DNA from: Pavona decussata
Lineage: Eukaryota
NCBI GenBank assembly: GCA_977016875.1
Contig: CDRNST010000215.1
Span: forward strand, 2,480,001 to 2,544,000
Length of the DNA: 64,000 bases
Direction of reading: 5' to 3'
Position numbers and translations under genes: made by a program. This document shows positions 13,201 through 22,813 of the stretch, piece after piece. Numbering within the stretch: position 1 is the first letter of the stretch; every line of letters starts with the position of its first letter. A model generated the notes under the pieces. The model was not told the DNA's origin. It saw only the letters and a program-made list of their open reading frames with translations, and searched no databases.

Positions 13201-16200
13201 TTTGTGCTGTCACGCCTGCTTTTAGACGCTTTATGATAAACAGATATTTAGACCGCGAGCGGTCGAGTGGTATCTTTCTCCTAAATTCTGACTTCTGCGG
13301 CACGCGATGGATCTATCGAGCGGTGAGGCCACGAGCCGCGAGTTCATTTTTGTAATTTGCATAATTTTATTGTTACTTTGCACGCGTGATCTAAGGAAAA
13401 AGTACGACTGTTCGCAGTGTAATTTTCATTTTTGTCGCTCATTTGTAGTTTACTTTTTTATCTCAGGGTAATAGAGATCTACTTTTCCTTCCTCTATTTG
13501 TTGGAGAGAAAAGCATTCGCCCGTTGGCTTTTTCCGGTCGGTTTCCCGGGAGTTGAGCTACTTTGTTTACACGATCTCTTCATAGATTCTCTATTAGTTC
13601 AATGGCTTCCAACGGAAAAACCATAAAGGGTAGACCCGGGTAGACCCAAAAAAATTCTAAAGTAGAAAGGATAAGCTAGCTTCATGTGCAAAAGTATTGC
13701 CCAAACCCAGCAAGAGTAAGTAGCTTTAGCCTCAAGAAATGCAGTAAATCAATGACCAAAACAACATGGCAGCAGGCGCGAGGTCGTCACCTTTGAAATG
13801 GCTACAAACGCGAACAAATGCTTCAGCTTAAAAAGTAACCTAATCAACATTAAGCCAATTTGTTCCTATAACTTTGAAACAAATTTCGACCGGGAAAAAA
13901 TGTCACAGACTTTGTTAATGACGAGATTCTCGACAGGCTGACCTTTCCAGACTGATGTTCATGAGCGCGAAGACTACTGATCAAATAACGCATTCTGATT
14001 GGTCGAATTTCGTGACGCACACCGCCTGGGCTAACACTCAAAACGTTAACACTCGAATCTCTTTACAGTGGCCAAATTGCCTTATTAACACTGTTGATAA
14101 AACCCCCGGGGGGTACTCCCTTATATGGGCTATATAGGTATGTGCGGCGCCAAAGGGTATGGTTTTTCGGCTGTTTTGGTCATAAATAGGGTATCGCTTT
14201 TAGCTATTTTGCCGCCATTTTGGTAATAAATAGGGTATAGATTTTTGCACTCTAGTCCTGGGTCCTTTTTTTTTTTAGAAAAAGCTACTTCAGGTAATAA
14301 ATAGGGTAAGGGTTTTGGGAAGCAGGCCTCACACCCCTACCCAATTTTTTTTGGAGTACCCCCCCCCCCCCCCCTGGGATAAAACCAAGCATTCGTTTCT
14401 ACTCCTCCACACCCTCTTATCCAAACTGTGATTAGTTTATCACGAGCACAGAAATATTAATAAAATAATAAAAAAATCTAATTTTTCCAGTGGAACTAGA
14501 ACCCAGAACCCAAACTCTAGTCAGATAAGCTGTGATCACAGGTTCATCTCCCATGCATCTTACTTTTTGCTGGAACTAATCAGCTCCCACATCGCATCAT
14601 CATTTATCAATCACACAATGCCACACACTATAACAAACCCTGTATGATCATGTGATAAGAAGAGTCACATAAAATCTCTAAACTTAAGACTCCACTGAAC
14701 ATGTATGTACATACCAAATCCCTTAGGATCCAGTTCAGGTTCCTCTTCTTCTTCTTTGTGATCCTTCTTCTTAGTTCCTACTTGTCGAGCCTCAGACATG
14801 ACTCGATGAAGTTCCACATGACCAACTGCATCATTCCATACAGGCAGATAGCAGATGGGTCTGATACAACTTTCAAGAAAGGACAATGCTGCCGCAAACT
14901 CTTCAGGAGTCTTTGACAAATGAACTGCCCTTACCCAAGTGGAGCGTTGTACTGGCCACGAAGGATGCATAAAAGCAGTTGGAACAGAATTCTCAAGGCC
15001 AACTATAGAAAACCGCAGTGTGTTGAGAATAACATCTTTACTCCCACAGGTATCTCCATGCCACTTGAATTCATTGAGGCTAAACTTGTGAGAGACACTG
15101 CGCTTTTTGTCTCGTTGATCCAATTGCTGCTGTTTGGTTAGTGCCAAGGCATTGCTTGTAAACTGATTGACGTACGACAAGTAATTGGCTTCTTGACCAA
15201 GCCTAAACACAGGTCTTTCAACCTCTTGTTTTGCTGCACCCAAGGTGTTTAACTGAGGCGGACTTGGGGTACCACTAGAGGACACAGCAATCAACTTACT
15301 GTCTGCTACTGATTTAACCAAGCTACTGTTTGTCAACAAGGATGGAGACCCTTGAGTCTTAGCAATGGCAGAACTGTTCACAATACTGCTAGCTTGGGTA
15401 CTTAGCTTGTTGCCACTTGCACTGATTTTAGCGTCAACAGTTTGATTGCTTGACACCATTGGTTGAACAGGTTTGTCAACAGACATCTTGCTGGGTAACT
15501 CATCTTTCGTGACATTCACAGATTTAGCAGAGACTTGGTCCTCTTTTCTCGTCAAGCTTTTATCAGCACCAGAGATTTTACTTTCACTGTCAGATGTACC
15601 CACAGGTTCAGATACAGCAGAGAGTTTACTTTCATTGACAGATTCACATCCAGGCATAGATACAATAGGAGTGTTACTTGCCTTCCCAGATTCACTGGTA
15701 GGCTTTGGTGCAACAGGGATTTTAACTTCATGACCAGATTCATGTGTTGTCTCAGATGTAGCAGGGATTTGACTTTCTTTCTCAGATTCACCCTCAGGCT
15801 TAGATCCTTCTGTCCCTTCCCCATGGCCTGCTTCTGACCTCATTTTAGGGGGATGGGCCTCCTTTTTGTCCCCATCCACACCTGTTTCAGCACTGGTCAA
15901 GCTTGATAAAGTCTTGGCATCCCCTTCAGCAGTATCAAGCTTCTTATCCTCGCCAGGCTCTTTATCAGTCTCCGCTGCTCCCCCTATCTTGGAGTGGTCT
16001 GACAAAACAGGAGACCTTCTTCTAGCATAAGGACTATCTTGGACAGCAGGTCTTCTATCTCTTAGCACCATTTGTTTCTCTGTACTAGGGCTGCTGGAGT
16101 TCTCAGCCTGTTGCCTTGTCACAATCTTCTTTACTTCATTATCAGGAACAAATGTAAGAATAGCAGAGGCAGAGATTGGTTTTGGTGAAGGCACTGCACT

Positions 16201-19200
16201 ACCATCTTCTGCTGGTAAACTGTCTTTTCTTTCAAGTACTGCAAAAATTAAAATAACATGAGATGGTGATGGTAGTGAATAACAAACATATTAAATGTCA
16301 ACTGCATTGGAAAAATTTGTCTGAAATAATATGTGCAAATATGTTCAGTTTTTAAATAATTGGCACAAATGGAGTCAGCTTGGGTGTTCAGTTACGGCCT
16401 CTTAATTCTAATAAGAAGCATTTCAAAACTCAGACACTCAAGTTTTCCCTGGTATTTATTTAAGATAGCAAGTAAATCATGGATATCTGTTGGCTCCAAT
16501 TTATGATCATCTCTGAGGTGTTTTCTGATGGCGGAATGTTTGTGCCCAAATCACATTTGAATTCATAAACAACGCATTCACAAGAGAGGATTTTATATCT
16601 GTCATTTTGAGGTCTTCCAAGATCCTTTTGCTTGTGAATACTGGCTGTAGCTCCTGGTTGATATTTTACGGCAAGATCATATAGCTCTTTGCATACATCA
16701 GTAAATAAAATTTCCCCACTTGAGGTAATAATGTTTTACTTGAAGGGCAAAATCCATCACACCTTCCAATTTTAGGAAACTTCCACCTGTGTGTATTTTT
16801 TATCATTTTTATTTGAAAATGAAAAGTTTTTAAAATGCATGTTTTTCAGCCACACCCAAGTTTCATTTGCTTCGCTGTCCACATTTAAATGATTGAAAAG
16901 GATAAAAAATGCTACTCTCTAGTCACTTCTATTGATGTTATTACATGTATCTCATTCTTTTGGAAAATCTCATTTTTCATTTGTGCCATCCAAGTGTAAA
17001 CAAAAAACCTCTGTTATCAAAAATTTACACTCTGGGTGTTGTCTTTGAAAATCTCTGTTTTTGGACCATTTTCTTTTGTAACCATGGACGAAAGGCTTCA
17101 CTGGATTAACAAAATCAATCCCCATTTTTAAATAAAAATGATAAAAAATTGATCTGTGCAAAAAGAGCCTTACAACTGTAGTTTCCCATACATGGTACAC
17201 ATAGTTACTGATTGAAGTGATCTATATTGAGAGAAACAGCAAAACTGTTCTCACCAGAACTAGATTTGTCTTCCGAGGTGTCCATCTCTTCGGGTTGTTC
17301 ATCCTTTTCCTCTTTCACAGCTGGAGTTGTTATAGGTTCTTCTTTTATTTTCACAGGTCTCGGCCTTCTTCTTGTCAGTCCAGATGGGAGGTTATCTAAA
17401 ATCCACATCAGCATTGTAATTATTCACATTTTGGGACCCAAACAGGTACTCATTGGCTGTACTAATAAAGCCTATTTTTCATATGACAGGAAAATCCCAG
17501 ACAATTGGAGATTTCACTGTTTCCCAACTATCCCAGATTTTGCCGAGATATCGGGAAATCGCCAGACATCTGTCCCAGATTTGAAGTATTCATCAGTGAC
17601 AGATGCCATTTTTATTCCCCAGGAGGGAGTGGGGAACTGGAACAAAGCAATAATTGAGAGGATTGGGAACGAGCTAAAACTGTCGCTGACGTCCCTGACA
17701 GTCCAAACTTCAGTTTTCGTGTGTCGGGAATGGTCGCTGACCATCGCAGAAATCTGGGACACGTGAGAAAATAGAAACACTCCCAATTTTCCCAATTTGT
17801 CTGCAACCATCCCAGACGATCGGGGATGTCTACAATTTCCAGTTTCCTTTAATCGGGAAAGTCTGGGACGGTCAGGAAACAGTGAAATCCCCAATCATCT
17901 CGGATTTTCCCGACATTTGAAAACTGGGCTTAAGGCAATGGGATTAACAGGTTTTGCTTTGTGCTTTCTCAGTTTTTCTTTGTCTACTATTTATTATAAC
18001 CCACCAATTAATTTCAGACGTTCTCTCTAGACAAAACATGTCATGTGGTAAAACATTGGATGGTGGTTACCAGACACAGTTTTAGGCCTTAGTTGTTGTA
18101 ATCCATTCCCTGTTTAATAAAATCTAATAAACTAGTTAGATTGTATTTTATTTGGACACAACAATATTGTAATGCGGTTGCCATCACTCGATGCTTTTGA
18201 TCATTTTCACAGTAAAGCATGTGCATTTCAGAAATCATTCAGAGGGTTATAAAATAAATAAACCCCTTTCCAGATTGCTGATATAGCAGATGATAATGCC
18301 CTCAGCTTAAAGATTATCCTCAAAATTTCACAGTTGCCCTTGAAGCAACTTTTCATTTTTCAGATAACCTTTGCCTTGGGCATTTTCCCCCAATATACCA
18401 GTTGCCTGAAGGGGTTTATTTACTAAATACCCACTTAAATTTAACCAGCCAAATTTTCACATTTTTTTATTTCTAAACCTTGTGAAAGTTAAAGGTATTA
18501 GGGTTAGGTTTTGAACTAAAAACAAACAAAAAGGAAAAATTCTCTGGATCCAGTTACATGTAGTGTCCAACCTCAGCTTTTTAAAACCAACCCTAGAACT
18601 ATTTGGAGGGCCACATAATTTCATATGAAATAGGATAGAGGAAATATAAACATAAGGACCAAGCAATCCCAATTTTATTTCAAATAGTGTAACTTACTGG
18701 AACCAAAATATTTTAATATTTATTTATGTTTTTTATGTTACTGTAAGCTTGCTTTTTGTTATGCCTACACCTAAAGTAAGAAAAGTTTTCGCTACAGTCC
18801 TACCCCTTGCAGCTTCTGTAAGAGCTTCAGTTATTTCCATGTGTTTCACCATGAGTTTGTATTTTGCCTTTAATGCAGACAGCAGCCTCTTTTCTTTGCC
18901 ATCTTCCTCCAAGCTCTGGATTAGATCATCAAGGTGTGCTTTGCAGCTGTAGTACAAGGTTTCATCATTTCCTTCCCTGATGAGAAACAAATTTAAGCAA
19001 CATATCAAACATGAGAAAGAGTAAATAAATGTAAACATATGAGACATTTATTTTGAACTGCGGATGAAAGATCAAATAGAAGAAAGATCCTCGCAGTTAC
19101 TACACAACTGCTTAAGTTGCATAGTAACTGCGAGGATCTTTCTTCTATTTGATGAGAAAGAGTGTTGCATCTGATTTCCAGATACTGAGAAGTAGGTTAA

Positions 19201-22200
19201 AAAAAAAAAAAAACAAGACGGAGCTGCCCATTTTTGACCAACTTTGATGATTTCACGTGTTTGATATAGTTTCTAAAACCATTAATAATTTGACTTCAAA
19301 TTTTAATAATTCTTGAGCTTGAGAAAATGTTTACCATGACCAGGGGCCCATTTCTCGAAAGTCTGGTAACTTACCGGACCCGATAAGTGTCTTTAGTGAT
19401 AAATGTTTCTTACAGAAGTCAATTTTTGTTAGCTTTGAATAATAAATTTTAAAATCTTATAATTCCATGAAAACATTGGCCATGGTACCATGTTTGTAAT
19501 CACTGTGTAATCGGCGCAAAAACATTTCAAAATATACTTACTGGGCCCGATAAGTTACCAGGACTTTCGAGAAACTGGCCCCAGGGCACCTAATATCACA
19601 AAAATTGATGCGAAACTAGGCTTACGATAGGTTGCTATAAATCTTAAGAAATGGATGATGGATAAAAATAGCAAATGGAGAGATGCAACAGGGTCCGAAA
19701 TTGCGCTTTCCTGGTCACCAATGCGACTAAAAATTTTGCGCTGGCGACCAGAATTTCACAACTAGTCGCCAGCGGGCGATTAGCTATTTCATGCCACGAT
19801 CATTAAACAAACAATAACTTTGATTTTCAGCCAAAACGATTAAAAATAAAATTCAAAGCCGCCCGCCAATTGGTTACTTACTTTTTACCTTTCCACTGCT
19901 TTTGAAGTATAAAACCGATTTTCCTGTTATTTTAAATCTATCACAACGCTTCACAGCTCGAGCGGTGCGAAGCTTCGCCGCCATGTTTTAAGAACGAGAA
20001 ATGCTGCACGGTTGTGGCCTGGTGCGAGCAACATGGCGATCCGTCGATCGTCTTGACAGAACGCGAAAGGAAAGATCGTTTACGGTTTTGAACATAGAGC
20101 AAAGAACCAACCGGCAGTTTTTTAATCGGGTACATTTCTTCTCCAAAAGGTAGAGACAAGAGAGGGTATAAAGTTGACTTAAAACATTTAGCAGTCTTAT
20201 GAAACTGCGTATATAGCCGGCATTCGATTCATTCGTCGTGGTTTTCAGTGGTAGGTGTACAAATCTCCATGGGGCCCCAAACGCAAACACGTTCTCTTCG
20301 TTCTGATTCTTAAAAGAAAAATTGGCGACCAGAATTTTCCATCTGGCAACCAAAAATTTTGGTTTGTGTTTCGCTGCGAGGGAAAAATTTTAGTGACACT
20401 TTTTTTTTCTGCTTTTTGGCGACCACATTTTTCCATATGGCGACTGACAAAAAAAATTTCAGTCACCACTTGGCGCCTGCCTAAAAAAGTTAATTTCAGA
20501 CCCTGTGCAACATGTGCTTTTTTTTTACAATAAATTATTGACCTCAAAATGTTGAAATGCTGTTTGTTCAAAGTATCCCCGTCCCTCTCCTTGCAAGCAA
20601 TGTTATTTAAAAGTAAAACAAAATGGCGAGGACGTGTGTGCCGATTTGCTCAACCAACATTGAACCAGGAGAAAGTGTTGGAGTGTTTGTGTCATTGCAG
20701 CTCAACAAGAAAAATTGCCAGTCATAAAGAAAGTGAAGACCTCCTCTTTTGCTGTCTTTTCATCATTTTCAAACTCTGACAAATGCAAATCGTAGATGAG
20801 TTTTGAAGTTCACAGTTCACAATGTTGGTGAAAAGCCACAGTACTGTCCAGATTTAACAGTTTTTGTCTGTTTTGACTTTGGCATCCAGCAAAGAGTTGT
20901 CCTGAGTAGGCAAATAAATGCCTTTCTGTTGCAATGTTCCCAACTATGGCTACAATAACCCTATTGCTAAGATCATCCTTTAGCCTAAGAGGATAAACTT
21001 AAGACTTCCTCGTGTAAACCATATGCAGAAAACATAAGGCACTAAGTTGATCCACCTGCTAGGATTGTACTCCCTCCAATCCCCCATGTAAACAGAGCCC
21101 ACCCTAACAATAGCTGTGGTACTCCTGAAAAAAGGCACTTGTGATTTTATGATACACAAAAGGAAAACAAAAGCAAAATCACTATTAAGATTAAAATTAA
21201 TCCTATACGTTAATAAAACATTAATGCCGAGCACAACCGTGGTTGATTTTTCACACCATAGAACAATCACTCACAGCAAGAACAGAGACTATAAATTGAA
21301 TGGGGATGCATAATTTGATTAGTCCTCCATGTTGGAGAAAATACTTACACAAACAAACGCCTGGCTAAAAACCAGTACTTTCTCTCCTCCCTGTCTACCC
21401 CCAAAGGAGTGTTTCTGAGCCATCCATCTCTATTCCAATCAGGTAGGCAGTCTGTGACACCCTTCAGTCGGTGCATCTCGCATACGGGACACAGCCAATC
21501 GCCATCAGGCACTTCTTCCAACGGCGGCTTCAAACAGTGAAGATGGTAGACAGCAGGGCAGTTTTCACAGCACAACAAATCGCCCATTTTACAACAGTTT
21601 CGGCAGTGATCCTCCGATTCTACCATTCCCTCGTTCATTATGTCGTACCTGACTGAATTTGAAGCGAGAAATTGATCGCAGAGCCGCTGTAGAACCTTCA
21701 ATCTCTTTTCCGCCGATGAGAATGGAAAGGGGTTTTCCTTTTCGCTCGCACTGACAGCCGACGCAACGTCGCCGAATTCCGTCTTATCCGACATGATGTA
21801 GCTCCGAATAACATCAGGCCAAGTAAAGTCGCTTAAACAGTACATGAGAACGTTGAAGCTATCTTTCTCGTCGCTCGCTACAAATGTCAATCCACTAGTT
21901 TCATCCTCGGAGAGGAGAAATCGGATCAACGCGAGGTGTATTTGTGCAAGCAAAGAAGACTGGTCCGGAGTCTTAATTGCCCCGCAAAAGTCTTCAAACC
22001 TAAACGGAGATAACCGAATGATTCGGCTAAAATGTCTAAGGACCTCATAAATTCCTAAGGCTTGTAAAATATACTCCGGCTCAAGTAAAAGATCGTCTGA
22101 TGATGGAGCTAAGTTGATAGGCGTCACGACTCTCAGTGGCTCAACATAACGAATTTTCGTGCAAGGAGTATTGGAAATTGAGGAAGCACGACTAGAAACA

Positions 22201-22406
22201 GAGTCGTTGTCACTATCCGAACCCGACGACTCCATCCCGTAGTATTTCCGCGGCGTTGTCGAACTAAAACCTCGGGTTTTAATAACTTGTGGAGAACAGA
22301 CACGCGGGCTAGGATGTCCGCCATGTTGGTTGGTTGCACTCGAGACATTTGGCGTTTTGGCACTTTGGGACGGATTTTTGGGCGGTCTTCCCCTTCCTCG
22401 CTTCAT
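1249..22406 (-). CDS. BPTF: Nucleosome-remodeling factor subunit BPTF/NURF301, 3'-partial (rest of last PHD and bromodomain lie beyond the window start)
   Basis: Phase-consistent exons: 22406-21349, 18976-18771, 17395-17255, 16238-14715, 12702-7972, 7402-7155, 4576-4000, 3594-3396, 2512-2132, 1425-1249 (about 3,080 codons). AT-hook KRGRGRPPK, DDT region (IYEVLRHFSRIIRLSPFRFEDF), PHD (EDHCRNC...DWLCPVC), RKYWFLARRLFV, HQVWKQKGEEYR, LELWEIR, C-terminal PHDs (LFCICKKPY..FYIGCDMCANWFHG; LYCVCRQPY). Confidence 0.95.
2903..3050 (+). mobile_element. Degraded tRNA-derived SINE
   Basis: TAGCTCAGTG A-box remnant and degenerate B-box; related minus-strand copy near 26340-26450. Confidence 0.45.
3790..3963. 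mobile_element. Small palindromic MITE (AAAATGGC-type TIR); relatives at about 6100-6265 and 42580-42712
   Basis: CCTACGCAAAAATGGCTGACATTTTAAT and ATTAAATGTCAGCCATTTTTGCATAGG; internal TAGCCTCACTAACCTCGTT / AACGAGGCTAGTAA shared with the 6100-6265 copy. Confidence 0.75.
6300..6793. mobile_element. MITE
   Basis: TIRs TACCCTGGGTACCAGAGG and CCTCTGGCACCCAGGGTA. Confidence 0.75.
12818..12851 (-). ncRNA. Minimal type I hammerhead-ribozyme motif (Penelope-associated), stem II closing pair mutated
   Basis: Minus strand reads GCU CUGAUGA A GGGC UAAU GCCA GAAAC GUC AGC: CUGANGA and GAAA cores, GUC site, 3-bp stem I. Confidence 0.6.
12884..14028. mobile_element. Non-autonomous TIR DNA transposon (1,145 bp, 19-bp TIR, 9-bp TSD) carrying an EXO1-like fragment
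   Basis: TIRs CAGACAGTGTGCGTCACGA and reverse complement CAGGCGGTGTGCGTCACGA (17/19); perfect TSD GGCTAACAC at 12875-12883 and 14029-14037. Confidence 0.85.
13014..13620 (+). pseudogene. EXO1: Decayed exonuclease 1 (XPG-N/PIN) 5' fragment inside the transposon
   Basis: CTG-GIQTLLPF...FNGLVAAVDAFCWIHKA resembles EXO1 MGIQGLL..VAVDTYCWLHKG. CTG in place of ATG, donor reads AG|GCGAG at 13165/6, acceptor TCTCAG at 13466, second exon frameshifted. Confidence 0.75.
14105..14378. mobile_element. MITE with CCCGGGGGGTACTCC-type TIRs, 8-bp TSD
   Basis: TSD ATAAAACC at 14097-14104 and 14379-14386; right end GGAGTAC(C)nTGGG. Confidence 0.85.
16355..16750 (-). mobile_element. Penelope-like retroelement GIY-YIG endonuclease C-terminal remnant
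   Basis: Frameshifted translation ELQPVFTSKRILEDLK..CVVYEFKCDL..HKHSAIRKHLRDDH..GKLECLSFEMLLIRIKRP*LNTQADSICA resembles the PLE GIY-YIG C-terminus. Confidence 0.75.
17469..17932. mobile_element. MITE with internal TCCCAGA/TCGGGA subrepeats
   Basis: AAGCCTATTTTTCATATGACAGGAAAATCC and GGATTTTCCCGACATTTGAAAACTGGGCTT. Confidence 0.7.
19071..19153. repeat. Perfect 32-bp inverted repeat (hairpin)
   Basis: ATCAAATAGAAGAAAGATCCTCGCAGTTACTA and its exact reverse complement. Confidence 0.9.
19343..19582. mobile_element. MITE (PIF/Harbinger-like)
   Basis: GGGGCCCATTTCTCGAAAGTC and GACTTTCGAGAAACTGGCCCC. Confidence 0.75.
19689..20505. mobile_element. Non-autonomous CAG...CTG transposon with 5-bp TSD (hAT5-like)
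   Basis: CAGGGTCCGAAATT and AATTTCAGACCCTG; TSD TGCAA on both sides. Confidence 0.8.
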
Positions 22407-22813
22407 TTCATCGATGTAAATTATAGAGTGCAGCCAGATCACATGAAGTAATGTGCATTTAGCTGCCTCCCTTCAGCTTTTAGTGGTATATTCTCCTCTT
22501 TCTCTTCAGTTCACTTCTCAGAAGCCACATTTCTTACTTCGCGGGGAAAGAACACTGCTATAGTCACGTGACCCTCCCAAAATGCATCATGCATATTCAA
22601 CTTAGAATTTTTTGGCTGTTTGAATAAAGGATTATAACAATATTCAAGCTTATTCTTAAAAGAAATTAATCCTAAAGAATCTTGAGAAAAGGAAAACTAT
22701 AAAAAGATGAGGTCAGGTGTAAATTTCCGCCTTTTTCAGACTGTCTCATTTCTTTGCCTTCATACTTCTCCCATAATACCTTGCGAACCAAGAAGACTTT
22801 CTTTCATTCCAAA
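22407..22813. promoter_or_regulatory. Bidirectional promoter region BPTF/AIMP2
   Basis: Divergent start codons with 407 bp between them; palindromic E-box GTCACGTGAC at 22563-22572; YY1-like AAAATGGCGG over the AIMP2 ATG. Confidence 0.75.

Larger units (their letters stand above)
12760..14410. repeat. Penelope-like terminal-repeat remnant in inverted arrangement, interrupted by two later insertions
   Basis: Left arm 12760-12850 is complementary to the right arm (12872-12883, 14038-14104, 14387-14400) once the insertions are removed; same family as 59573-59670 and 60513-60695. Confidence 0.6.

Noticed and set aside
13029-13355. Functional EXO1 gene
   Set aside because: No ATG, altered donor, frameshifted second exon, remainder absent.
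17227-18030. ORFs of 179, 126 and 77 aa
   Set aside because: Arise from a MITE and the antisense of BPTF exon 3.
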